Assembly (NCBI GenBank): GCA_951406725.2
Contig: OX597815.1
Location: 214,396,001 to 214,460,000, forward strand
DNA length: 64,000 nt
Direction of reading: 5' to 3'
Source: Octopus vulgaris
Lineage: Eukaryota
The position numbers and the translations under genes are program-made. Shown one piece after another: positions 25,642 through 38,155 of the stretch. Under the pieces are notes generated by a model. That model ran no database searches. It was not told where the DNA came from and saw only the letters and a program-made list of their open reading frames with translations. Numbering within the stretch: the first letter of the stretch is position 1; the number at the start of each line of letters is the position of its first letter.

Positions 25642-26000
25642 TGTATATATGCATGTATGTATGTATGTACGAATGAATGTATGTATGCATGTGTGTATGC
25701 ATGTGTGTATGTATGAATGAATGTATGTATGTATGTATTTATGTATGTATGTGTGTATAATTAGGATGTTCTAAGTACTTATTACATCTAAGAATGAGAG
25801 AACTCAGTACGTTTCTTGCGTAAAGTTATATTATTGAACCTTCCAGTTTCAACACATCAATTCTGTGACCTGTATATTCAATCTGATTCATGACTATAAC
25901 TACACTTGCGTGTCCGAAATCATAACCACAATGTAATCGCTTGTGACTGCAAGGAATCGAACCATCCCGATCCGACAATGTGTGTGTGTGTGTGTGTGTG

Positions 26001-26039
<39 letters not shown>

Positions 26040-27221
26040 GTCTGTGGCTGTATTTGATAGGATTTCTGTTGTTTCTATTCCCGAAATGATTTCTCTCTGA
26101 TTTAGACTATCGCAAGCCAACGAAATCTAAGGAACATCTTTGCTTTCCAGTGACTCAACTTGAACTAGAGGTACACCTGTCGCAAATTTCATATGTAGTC
26201 AGCTAAAGACCTGAAAAAAAAAAAGACCCCCGAATATCTCATATCAATTGCCAATCAAATATTCCTTAGAGTCCGATGAAATAGTCCGTTGAACGATAGC
26301 CAGTAATTAAAATATCTGCAGAGCTTATCAGGAAAATAAAACTAATACCGCTAAAAGACAGAAAGCAAACAACGAAATGATTATGCTACGAAATAGTTCA
26401 ATGCAATATAATCCACGTTTACTACAGACAGCTATGTCATAATTCCAAGCCGTTTACTGTTTCAATTAGATTTTATACAGGGATTTGTTACATCTAATCA
26501 AACAAATTTCATGGCACTTAATAGTTTAATCAAAATATAAATTTCAGCAGGAAATTATGTCTAATTAGAGCTCATTAGTTGCCCTATGTTCTTGGTGCAT
26601 AACAACATGATACATCAGCAATAAAAGAACAAATCTTAATATATGTATTTAAAAAGAAAGAGGGCGGAAGAAAGCGTTTTACTCTTAATCAAGTCTCTTA
26701 GTGAACACTAGCTTGTTATTAATAAAGAATTCATGGTTATTTATTTTGAAAGAGTTGGAATAATATATCATGAGTTCCGGATTCCGGTCTAGCAGAGACT
26801 CCTGTCTCGTCTTCAATTCCGGATTATAATCATTCCATTTCACTTTTATTGTTAATAGTCTTTGAAAATATACGTACGATAAAACTCCTCTTTCTCCTCC
26901 TCCTCCTCGATACATAGTGGTATGCTTTTATTACTAGTTTCGTTGTTTTCCCACTTATTCATTGACAGGTTTCAGTTACTCGACTGCAGCCATGCTCAGC
27001 CTTTAAATCGTTTCTGCAAAATACTTTTGTTTGGCACCCATGTTTAAATCTAGGAAGGCAAAAGTTTTCCTTGATGTGAATACTAGCGGAAAACCTTTTT
27101 TTAATCGACGCATCGATTTCTCATTATCCACACTGTTACATACACATACGTCTTTAAAATTTCATTGTGTTGTATATTTCGAATATTTATGGTTAATAAA
27201 CAAACGATAATTATCATTATT

Positions 27222-27287
27222 ACCGTTGTTGTTCTTCTTGTTCTTCTTGTTCTTGTTCTTGTTCTTGTTCTTCTTCTTCTTCTTCTT

Positions 27288-27382
<95 letters not shown>

Positions 27383-27390
27383 CATTATTA
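27222..27390. repeat. (CTT)n/(ATT)n microsatellite
   Basis: Direct reading. Confidence 0.95.
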
Positions 27391-27394
27391 CTAA

Positions 27395-27606
27395 GGCGGT
27401 GAGCTGGCAGAATCGTTAGCACGGCGGGCAAAATGCTTAGCGACATTTCGTCCGTCGTTACGTTCTGAGTTCAAATTCCGCCGAGTTCGACTTTGCCTTT
27501 CATCCTTTCAGGGTTGATAAAATAAGTACCAGTTACGCACTGGGGTCGATGTAATCTACTAGCCCCTTCCTCCAAAATTTCACTCCTTGCGCCTAAAGCA
27601 GAAAGG
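27395..27606 (+). mobile_element. SINE family A with (ATT)n tail
   Basis: Head and core similarity. Confidence 0.85.
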
Positions 27607-27637
27607 TTATTATTATTATTATCATTATTATTATTAT

Positions 27638-28288
27638 TTTTTTTCTTCTTTCAAATTTGCTTCCATTTCTTGCCGAGTGTCTTCCCGACTCATAGTATAC
27701 AAAGAAACTCATAGTATACATCGGTAGGCCATTAAACCAAACTCAATAGTTCGTTCATTTAAAAAAAAAAAATTTTAAGTTAAATTAAAATACATGAGCA
27801 GCAACAGTTCTCACATCGACAATGCTCTTCTCAATACATGTGATGTACCAGTTAAGACAATCTTTTGCACTTCTTGCAGGGATGGTAAGCCAGGGATCAT
27901 TCTCATATAATTTTCGGTTCCCTTCTTGATCATTCCTAGTGCTCCTACGATCACTGGTATTGTAACCGCCTTGAGATGCCACATTTTCTCAATTTCAATG
28001 AGTAGGTCTTTATATTTTCTGAGCTTGTCAAACTCTTTCGCTGAGATATTATGATCATAGGGGATGCTCATGTCGATCAATAAGCAAACTTTATTGTTTT
28101 GGTCTTTCACAACAATATCTGGTTTATTGGCTTTGATGGTTCGGTCTGTATGTACTGGAAAGTCCCACAGAATGGTTACATTTTCTCCTTCAGTTACAGC
28201 CTCAGGGTGGTGATTATATCACTTGTCGGCAGTTTTGATATTGTAATGCCGACTTATTAGCCAGTGTAGATATTGGCCAACTCTGTCA
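27638..28288 (-). mobile_element. R4/Dong 3' fragment (family A relative)
   Basis: LLIDMSIP..KEFDKLRKYKDL..PVIVGALG; 3' UTR similar to 391-555. Confidence 0.88.
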
Positions 28289-28308
28289 TGTCTTAATTTA
28301 TACTCCAC

Positions 28309-28357
<49 letters not shown>

Positions 28358-28466
28358 CATAATTATAATAATAATTATTATTATTATTATTACTATTATT
28401 ACTATTATTATTATTATTATCATTATTATTATTATTATTATTATTATCATTATTATTATTATTATT

Positions 28467-28977
28467 GAGTGAGAGAGCAGTTCATGCCATCAAAGTGACA
28501 CTGGGGTAAAATATACGAAGCCCAATATACCCATCATGACTACCCGTGTGATAAGGGTACACCAGGCACATGCATCACAACCATATGTGTGCGACATGGT
28601 GGTCTCATATCAAGATAAACAGCACATGACCTTGCAGGTGGGGCCCAGTTAGAATTTTCTTCAGGTTGAGTAGCCAATCCCGCTCAAAAGGTCCCTGAAT
28701 AAGGGTTGTTTAAGGATGTTGAGCAAAACACCCATGTTTCCAGAAGTGAATTATTCAAACCCCAAAGAATTCCTCTCAACACATGGCTACGATGCTCCCC
28801 CACGACTTCTGCTCGTGATCAGAGATGCACATATCGTCAGCCACTAAGGGACATCCTCAACTGGTTAAAGTCAAACAACTGACGAGCAAATCTGTGGTAT
28901 TGAGCAGAATATTTGCTGTAGCGCATCTTTTATACCAAGACAAAACAATGTACATGATAACACTTCCAATCAGTTAA

Positions 28978-28978
<1 letters not shown>
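28467..28978 (-). mobile_element. Family N non-coding element, copy 2 (about 45 bp shorter)
   Basis: Collinear with 5170-5682; embedded in (ATT)n. Confidence 0.78.
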
Positions 28979-29048
<70 letters not shown>

Positions 29049-29069
29049 CATCATCATCATCATTATTAA

Positions 29070-29278
29070 GGTTTCGAGCTGGCAGAATCGTTAGCGCTAC
29101 GAGGAAAATGCTTAGCGGTATTTCGCCAGTCTCCATGTTCTGAGTCCAAATTCCACCAATGTCGACATTGCCTTTCATCGTTTCGGGGTCGATAAATTCA
29201 GTATCAGTGAAACACTGGGGTTATGTAATGTTATCCCCTCCCCTAAAAATGGCTGCCCTTGTGGCAAAGTTTGAAACC

Positions 29279-29346
<68 letters not shown>

Positions 29347-29450
29347 CCTTTCGGGGCCGATAAATTAAGTACCAGTAAAACACTGGGGTCCATATAAGCG
29401 ACTAGTCTACTCCACCAAATTTCAGGCCTTGTGCCTATAGTAAAATGGAT
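29070..29450 (+). mobile_element. SINE family A copy plus a second 3' half, with ATT tails
   Basis: Head and core at 29075-29280; second core at 29345-29450. Confidence 0.7.
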
Positions 29451-29462
29451 TATTATTATTAC

Positions 29463-29504
<42 letters not shown>

Positions 29505-29505
<1 letters not shown>

Positions 29506-31450
29506 TAGTAGTCTTATTTTTATCACCTACTTTCACTTCACTACCGAGCGCAGCTCTGTGTGCCTTGGGTATGTGCTGTGGTTTGTTGTGATGCTCTTAT
29601 GGTTACTGTATTGAGTGTGTTTTATGTAAGATTTGTGCGGTGCCTAGTAGTGCTATTTGCTGTATGTTATATATACTTGTTAGTCCTGGTGTTTTTATCT
29701 ATTTTTCTGAATATTTTTTATCATACCTACTATGATAGGAATTGTTTCTGATTTTAGACTCCACATTCGAGTTACCTCTATTTCCATGTCTTTGTATTTT
29801 GATAGTTCCTCCATTTCTGTTAGAGAAAAGTTATCATCTGTTGGTATTGATACATCGTTTAGGAAGCATTATTTCTCTTCATGATGTCTGACAGCTATAT
29901 CCGGCCTATTGGCCTTAATTCCTCTATCAGTCTGTATTGGCATATCCCATAGTATGGTGGCTTTCTCATTATCTGTGACCTTTTCTGGAGTGTGCCTATA
30001 CCATCTTTTTTCTGTTGTTATTCCATAGTGTTGGCATAGCTTCCATTGAATATAGATCCCAACTCTGTCGTGTCTGTGAATATATTCCTTGTTAGCCAGG
30101 ACTGAGTAGCCAGGGTCAGTATGGCTTATTGTTTCTTGTCCAGCTTCACATATTCTGCAGTTAGTTGCTGTTTCTTTTCATTATATGTTTTTGATAATTT
30201 CTGATTGGGAGGCTTTGGTCTTGTGCTACAATTAAAAGTCCTGCGGTTTCTGCTTTGAGTCCTGATCTTCTCAACCATTGTTGGGATTTTGCTTTGTCTA
30301 TTTCTTTTGCGTTTAGTTTAACCCAGTAATTGGCTTGAAGGGACTTTTTTTGACATCATTTTACCATGATCCGTTGCTGTTCCAGTTTTAGTTTGGATTT
30401 CAGTTGTTTTACAGCTTTTGTTGTTTCTTCTTTTTCTTCATAGTTGTTCGTATGATTTCTTTTTTTGTATTTGTCAGCTTCCTTAAAAACTGAAAACAGT
30501 TTTTGTTTTGTTCCTGTTTTGTGGCTATTTGTATTAGTTTTCTTTGCTTCTTCTGAAACAAGTATTTTAGTAATCCTATAGTGGTTATTTTGTAATAGTT
30601 TTCTAGCTGTATAAGGTCTCTACCACCTTCCATAAGTAGTATATATATATAACCGTTTTATGTCAGATTTTGGGTGGTGCATCCTAAATCCCGTCATTAA
30701 TTTTCTTATTTTCCTGTCTATTTTGATTAGTTCATTTAGAGTCCAGTTAAGAATATTGTAACTGTAACTTATAACTGGGACGGCTAGAGTGTTGCTACCC
30801 GTTATCTTGTTTTTCGCATTGAGCTCTATTACCAGTATTAATCTGACTCGTCTATATTATTCCTTTTTTATCTTCTCTCTCATTTGTGTGTGTTGTATCG
30901 TATTTAATTCATTGATTCCTAAGTACTTGTATGTCAGGCTTTGGTCTAATTCTTTTATTTCATTTGCTTTATCTAGTGTGATGTTGCTACTCTTAACTAG
31001 TTTTCCTCTTTTCAGGATTGCTTTCACACAATTTTATAAGCCAAATTTCATGTTTATTTCTTTGGTAAATCCATGTACTTTCTGTGGTAATGTCTCCAGC
31101 TGTTTATCATTTGTAGCGTACAGTTTTAGATCATCCATATATAAGAGGTGGTTGATTGCTTTGTCGTAACAGTTGTATCCACATCCAGTTCTGTTTAGCA
31201 TGTCAGATAAATGTGTCAATGCTAAGCAGAAAGAAAGCGGAGAGAGCGTGTCTCCCTGGAATATTCCCCTTCTAATGGGGATGGGTTTGGCTCTTGAGTC
31301 CCTCTTTTGTCTGGAGCTGTAGCACTGTCTGCATTTATTCATGGGATGTGTTATATATTTTATGATTATTGGTACTACTTTGTTCATTGCTAGTGTTTCT
31401 AGGATCCATGTGTGGGGAATACTATCAAAAGCCCTTCGCTAATCGATCCT
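29505..31450 (-). mobile_element. Decayed R4/Dong element (family B, second copy)
   Basis: Collinear with 2762-4700; GIFQGDTLSP and LYMDDLKL present; multiple stops and frameshifts. Confidence 0.9.
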
Positions 31451-31469
31451 TATTATTATTATTATTATT

Positions 31470-31555
<86 letters not shown>

Positions 31556-31577
31556 CATTATTATTATTATTATTATT

Positions 31578-32135
31578 GCCTTTGTACAGCTTCTAACGCT
31601 GGAGATGTACTACGGTATCAGTTGTTCACTTATATTTTGAGCACCTTCCGGAGTATTCGAGCGGTTTCAAGCAGTGCAGTTTTCTGCAAGTGCTCCACCC
31701 TTATTGTAACCCCTATTTGTTCCACGTACTTCTCGAGATTTTTGCTCACTTTTCCCACGGCTCCGACAATTATTGGTACTACTGCTACCTTTTTCAGCGA
31801 CCACAACTGCTTAACTTCTTTATCGCATACCTTGTTGTCAGCTGGGCATGCTATATCTATGATCCAGCATAGTTTGTTTTCTTTCTCAATTAAGACTCTG
31901 TCCGGTTTCCTATTCTCTATCTCATGGTCGCACTGAATCATAAAATCCCATAGGGTCTTTGCATTTCTATAATCGACGATGCCTTCGGGTTTGTGGTCGT
32001 ACCAATTTTTTGCTCTATCAAGTCCATGGACAAGCCTGGCTATATTGTCGTAGCGTCTCTTATATTCCTTCTGGACTAGTGGCGTACATTGGCTGGTAAT
32101 ATGCCATACGGTTTCACCGTTTCGTCTACAGATTA
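31578..32135 (-). mobile_element. R4/Dong 3' fragment (family C)
   Basis: CRRNGETVWHITSQC, LWDF, RKPDRV, IIDIACP, VVPIIVGAVG, LQKTALLETARILRKVL. Confidence 0.85.
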
Positions 32136-32850
32136 TTCCCTTCTTTTCTTCCCTGACTAACAGAATATGTAAACATGTATTGTAACAACACAATTAAATG
32201 CACGGAAAAAATTAAGGAAGTAAGCACCTGCCAATATATACATACTGCACAACTACAAAAACTGTAAACCACAGCAAAACTTTTATAGGGAAAAGAAAAA
32301 TTCCAAACGAAAAAGAAATTCAGAAATTCAAAAATCCAACATGGTGAACATCTATTTCTCCTACTATTCCCAAAGACCGGAATATCTATAATTTCCTGTG
32401 AATATTTTAAATCTCCTTCAAAATAAAATAAGTTAGGAAACTTACATACCTACAGCTTTCGAACACACAAATGATCAGCTTTAAAAAAATCCTTTAATAT
32501 CTTCAACTACTGTGTGAATACTTATCTTTTCCTCTATCTCTGAGTATTCAAAAATGTAAACATCATCCTACTTTTTATTCTAAGAACATTACCATTTCTC
32601 TCTGTGCGGTCATACGAAAGACCATATTTAGTAAATCTTAAAACTTTACTATCTACAACTTGTTTCTTTTCTTTTTGACTCTCCCTGAGTATTCGAAAAT
32701 GTAAATATCCTTTTCCTTGCAAAGGTCCTACTGTATTCTCCAACTGGACAGACAAACGAACATCTCAAGAAAACTTAAAATCTTTAATATATTACCCAAA
32801 TACGTCAACTCAGAAATTCAAGAATTCAACGACGTGAATATCATTATATA

Positions 32851-32913
<63 letters not shown>

Positions 32914-33087
32914 TATTATTGTTTTTCTACGAGTAGAACAGGTTGAATTGCTTCTTTTCAAGGCAGCGCTCTCGGTGGCCACTGGTAGTTGTAAACACAT
33001 TTCGACCTCAGTTCTATATTCAAGAGATGAGGAATTATGTACATTATTTACATTCGACGGATATTTGTCCTCATCTTGCTTGTTGTT

Positions 33088-33133
33088 GACACAACGTTTC
33101 GGCTGATATACCCTCCACCCTTCTTCAGGTGCC
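33088..33133 (-). ncRNA. Minimal type I hammerhead ribozyme
   Basis: GGCAC-CTGAAGA-A-GGGTG(GAGGGTATAT)CAGCC-GAAACGTT^GTGTC; palindromic AACGTT; one stem II mismatch. Confidence 0.75.
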
Positions 33134-33186
33134 TTGGGGAAATTTCGAACCTGGGTTTTCATTCCTAAGATTTTGCTTTTTTTCGA

Positions 33187-33238
<52 letters not shown>

Positions 33239-33261
33239 GTTGTTATTGTTATTATTATTGA

Positions 33262-33417
33262 TATCCCTTTCTGGATATCGACAGGCTGGGACCAGAATCG
33301 CTGAGCCTACCGGGTGTAACATTGTCACAATCATTGGCTTCAATTTCATTACCACCGTTATTCGTAATATTTTGTTTTTTCATTGTCACTCATATGAGGT
33401 AGCGATTATCAGGTTGC
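33262..33417 (-). repeat. Inverted copy of the Dong 5' region
   Basis: Reverse complement of about 33642-33800. Confidence 0.85.
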
Positions 33418-33418
33418 A

Positions 33419-33490
33419 TATGGTGTAGTGGTTAAGAGCGCGAGCTATTAGCCCCAAGATTCCGAGTTCGATTCCAAGCAGTGACCTGAA
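33419..33490 (+). mobile_element. tRNA-derived Pol III head followed by (AAT)n
   Basis: A box TGGTGTAGTGG and B box GAGTTCGATTCC; no complete acceptor stem. Confidence 0.65.
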
Positions 33491-33491
33491 C

Positions 33492-33533
<42 letters not shown>

Positions 33534-33557
33534 TAATACCAACAACAACAACAACAA

Positions 33558-34225
33558 TGAAAGGAAACGAGTGGAGTCTCCTCATGAGCTGATTAATGAT
33601 ACATCTAGTGATGGTGTCACAATAAAAACACTGGTAATTGCGCAACCTGATAATCGCTACCTCATATAAGTGACAATGAAAAAACAAAATATTACGAATA
33701 ACGGTGGTAATGAAACTGAAGCCGTTGGTGGTGACAGTGTTCCACCCGGCAGGCTCAGAGATTCTGGTCTGGCTCCAGCCTGTCGATATCCAGAAAGGGA
33801 CCACCACACACGGCGTAGATGGAACAAGCAAATTAATACTGTGGTCATGGAGTGTTACTACCTGAGCAACCCGGTAGATGAAAATGGTGCTCAAATTAGG
33901 GGTTACCAACAACGTATATTTGATCATTGGAGGGGAAAGGGTTTGTTTCAACTCACGGAACAGAGACTATGTGATCAAGCAAGAGCAATAAGAAATGTTG
34001 GTTCACAGAAGTAGAGCTCGAAGCTATCAAAAGACGGGTCTTGGAAAATAGCAGCAGAGATAAAGATGAAAATACAGTTCTTACTAATAAGAGTAATCTC
34101 ATAGCACAGGCAAGGAGCAGTGGTAGTTTACTTGATGAGAGACATATAGATGATCTAAAAGAAGACAATAAAACTAATAGCGACAGAATATTTCTATGTC
34201 GACGATTTGCTGGGAGGTTTGGCAA
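33558..34225 (+). mobile_element. 5' end of an R4/Dong element (5' UTR and Myb-like N-terminal domain)
   Basis: RRRWNKQINTVVMECYYLS..RGYQQRIFDHW..TEQRLCDQARAIR; preceded by (AAT)n; frameshift near 33995. Confidence 0.75.
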
Positions 34226-34242
34226 ACTAAAGTTAATATATG

Positions 34243-34408
34243 TGGAGGCGCAATGGCCTAGTGGTTAGGGCAGTGGACTTGCGGTCGGAGGATAGCGGTT
34301 TCGATTCCCAGACCGGGCGTTGTGTGTGTTTATTGAGCGAAAATACCTACAAGCTCCACGAGGCTCCGGCAGGAGGTGGTGATCCCTGCTGTACTCTTTC
34401 ACCACTCT
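34243..34408 (+). mobile_element. SINE family C, fused to a family B tail (34409-34458)
   Basis: A/B-box head; homologous to 37748-37922. Confidence 0.8.
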
Positions 34409-35074
34409 AAAAGGCGGTGCTCCAGCATGGCCGCAGTCAAAATGACTGAAACAAGTACCAAAAAAAAAAAATATATATAGTCATGTCTTAAATAGAATCT
34501 CCAAAAAATGTCCTGAGCCAAAATCTTACTGGGACCTTCGATGCTTTCTATATTTCCAGTCGATGAAATAATTACTTTTAATATATTCAAACCACTGTAC
34601 ACGTCTTCACCTCACAACTTTTGGCTTTGTATCATTGTGAGAAATCATTACTATCGTGTAGTCAGACAATCTCTTTTGGGTAAGTGATTCCCAGTAGTAG
34701 CCAATTCACTTCTCTTATTCGGCAATACGCTTAAGAAAGTAATGAACGCAACACAATTTACTATAATTTTATAGAATAAATAAGAAATCGCATATCATCA
34801 ATTAATTAGTAACTGTTTCAATTCTCATTTATTATTATTTACCTTCATTTAAATCGCTAATGTTCTTGGTATTATTAATTTCGTTATTTCTGAAGCCAAT
34901 AAGGCTAATAATTCTTTATTAGATATCGCTGAAAATTAATGGATAAAAATATGAATGTATTGAATGATTTATAAGACGGAATAAAGACTTTGTAATAATG
35001 GCGAAGTAAAATAATTACATTCAAAGACATTTACTCTATGAATTACAAATTATGGATGAGCAAAACGCCCATCT

Positions 35075-35850
35075 TATCCAAATTTTGGCTCAAGGCCAGC
35101 AAGTTCGTGTGAAAGGGTAAGTCGATTATATCGACCCCAGTGCTCAACTGGTATTATTTTATCGACCACAGTGCTCAACTGGCACTTTATTTTAGCGACC
35201 CCGAAAGGATGAAAGACAAAGTCGACCTCAGTAGAATTTGAATTTGCGCCTAAAGAATTTGCGCCTAAAGATAAAGTCAACTTCAGCGGAATTTGCACTT
35301 AGAACGTAAAGACGGACGAAATGCTGCTGAGCAATTTGTTCGGCGTGCTAACGATTCTGCCAGCTCACCGCTGTACACCTAACTAAGGATCCTTTCAAAT
35401 ATAGGTACGAGGCGTGAAATTTTGCGTGGATGGAGTAAGTCGATTATATCGATTCCAGTGTTACAACTGGTAACGGCTCCATTGAATCCGAATAATAAAA
35501 GAGAAAATCAACATCGGCGGAATTTGAACCCCTGAACTTAAGAAATACTGCTAAGCGCTTTGCCCGGCGTGCTAACGACTCTATCAGCTCGCTTCCTTAC
35601 ACCTCCCTAATAAGGGTTTCAAATTTTGGCACAAGGCTAACAATTTCGGTGAAGGGGTTCGGGCGATTACACTGACCCCAGTGCTTCACAGGTACTTTTT
35701 ATCTTTTTCATCAACCCCGAAAAGATGAAAGGCAAAGCCGACCTCGGCAGAATTTGAACTCAGAACGTAAAGACGGACGAAATACCTCTAAGCATTTGGC
35801 CCAGCGCACAAACGATTCTGCCAGATCACAGCCTTACACCTCCCTAATAA
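35075..35850 (-). mobile_element. Tandem trimer of SINE family A
   Basis: Three reverse copies, each followed on the plus strand by TACACCT(CC)CTAA. Confidence 0.8.
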
Positions 35851-36199
35851 TAAAATCTTTTATATTTTCCAGATTTCCAGATTGGTACATTATCTAAATA
35901 ATATATTTTGATCCGACTGTAAATCATTTCACTTTTGATTATTAAATCTGTTTCTAAATTGACCTCGACATTTGATGCCAGTTTGGAGGAGTTCTATATC
36001 AATTATTACTGACGGAATATCTGACCTTCTGAAATTACCATTTATCTTTCAACATTAACAGAATCGATATATTCCTCACCACGTGGCTGAAACATTGACT
36101 TTAAATGAGACGTTACACAAGTTATCTTACAACGTACCAAAAGGAATATAAAATTAGGTGGCTTCCATGCCTCTCCCCAAATAGTACTTTTGTATCAAC

Positions 36200-36510
36200 T
36201 GGCATTCCGTCGGTTACGACGACGAGTGTTCTAGATGATTTGATCAACTGAACAGCCTGCTCGTTAAATTAACGTGTAACTGACTGAGTACACTACAAAA
36301 ACGTGTACTCTTAACGTAGTTCTCAGGGAGATTCAGAAGGACACAGAATGTGATAAGGCTGACCGTTTGAATTACAGGTACAGCTCGTTTTTACCAGCTG
36401 AGTGGATCGGAGCAGCGTGAAATATATGTGTCATTGATACAACGCGCCGCAGTGAACCGAACTGACAATCTTACAATCGGCAGCTGAATGCCCTGACCAC
36501 TAAGCTATGT
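36200..36510 (-). mobile_element. SINE family D2
   Basis: Reverse homology to 16440-16705. Confidence 0.6.
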
Positions 36511-36667
36511 ACTATCACAGTATTTGTACTTACAAATGGAGGGAAACGGCTATAATTTCAGATGAAAACAACAATATTACTGATTTTCGGTTGGGCGGTG
36601 TAAATAACAGAATGCAACATTGGGGGAAGATTTCGCCGCATCAAAAGCTATTATTTTGCTTACATAC

Positions 36668-37030
36668 TCCTTTTTACTCTCTTTTGTTTCAGTCATTTGA
36701 CTGCGGCCATCCTGGAGCACCGCCTTTTAGTCGAGTAAATCGACCCCAGGACTTATTCTTTGTAAGCCTCGTATTAATTCTATCGGTCTCTTTTGCCGAA
36801 CTGCTAAGTTACGGGGACGTAAACACACCAGTATCGGTTGTCAAGTGATGTGGGGGGGGGGGCAAACGCAGACACACAGACACACGCACACACACATATA
36901 TACATATATACGACGGGCTTCTTTCAGTTTCCGTCTACCAAATCCTCTCACAAGGCTTTGGTCGGCCCGAGGCTATAGCAGAAGACAGTTGCCCAAGGTT
37001 CCACACAGTGGGACTGAACCCGGAACCATG
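36668..37030 (-). mobile_element. SINE family B
   Basis: Reverse homology to 12354-12768. Confidence 0.85.
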
Positions 37031-37701
37031 TGTTGTATTAAATTTATTCTAAAGTTCTTAAATTGTCGCAAATATATCTATAGAAACGATTTTACATTTT
37101 AAATTTTTATTGGATACTTCTAATTACATTTTCACAATAAATATAATTACATTTACGCGTACATTTGAGGGGGGAAAAGGAATTTCTTTAATTCAACTGT
37201 ATTAGATTACATTTAATTCAACGCAGCCTTCAAATCTAAGTCATAAAAAAAAAATCAAAACGAAATCGTGTCCCTGCTCGATAACATTAATTACTCCGGC
37301 TTCAGTAAACTAGGCTGTCGTATGTATAGTTAAGAACAGAATGTAACAACCTCTGTCCAAAAAATATCACCCACTCTCTAAATCAATGGAAGAAATTCGT
37401 CAGTATTTTTACTAGAAAATTATATAGCAGTGTTAAGTTTTATTCGATTTTAATTCTCGTATTAAAAACCTGACGTCATGGTTTTTAAATATGTCAATGA
37501 TGTAAGCGGTTTGGTTTATGCCGTCAGTTTGACTTCCTTACGTGTTTCAACGTCTTTTACCTTATCTTATGTTTGTTTCAGTTATTGGAGTGCACCTTGA
37601 AGTGTTCAGTCAAAAAAAAAAAAAACTTTCCACACCCCACTCCGCCTCACCCCGTCAGTGCTCATTTTATTCTTCAAGTCTGGTACTTGTTCTACTGATC
37701 T

Positions 37702-37746
<45 letters not shown>

Positions 37747-37747
37747 T

Positions 37748-37922
37748 TGAGGCGCATTGGCGCATTAGTTAGGACAGCGAACTCGCGGTCGTAGGATCGT
37801 GGTTTGATTTCCAGAACGGGCGTTGTGAGTGTTTATTGAGCTAAAATACCTAAAGCTCCACGAGGCCCCGGCGGGGGATGGTGACGAACCCTGCTGTACT
37901 ATTTCACCACAACTTTCTCTCA
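37748..37922 (+). mobile_element. SINE family C
   Basis: Homologous to 34243-34408. Confidence 0.8.
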
Positions 37923-37929
37923 ATGTTTC

Positions 37930-38155
37930 TTATTTCGTAATTGCCCATAAGAGGCTAAACATAGAGGGGACAAACAAGGACAGACAAACGGATTAAGTCG
38001 ATTACATCGACCCCAGTGCGAGCTGGCAGAAACGTTAGCGCGCCGGGTGAAATAAGTACCAGTTACGCACTGGGGTCGATATAATCGACTTAATCCGTTT
38101 GTCTGTCCTTGTTTGTCCTCTCTGTGTTTAGCCCCTTGTGGGTAGGAAAGAAATA
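37930..38155. mobile_element. Rearranged SINE family A with an inverted tail duplicate
   Basis: 37930-38020 is the reverse complement of 38065-38155. Confidence 0.8.

Noticed and set aside
26775-26825. Possible hammerhead remnant on the minus strand (TTGAAGA-CGAGAC..GTCTC)
   Set aside because: There is no GAAA strand.
33419-33490. Functional tRNA gene
   Set aside because: A and B boxes are present, but there is no proper acceptor stem and the sequence runs into (AAT)n.
33558-33640. HDV-like ribozyme in the Dong 5' UTR (GTCTCCTCATGAG)
   Set aside because: P1, P2 and P3 pairings could not be built.
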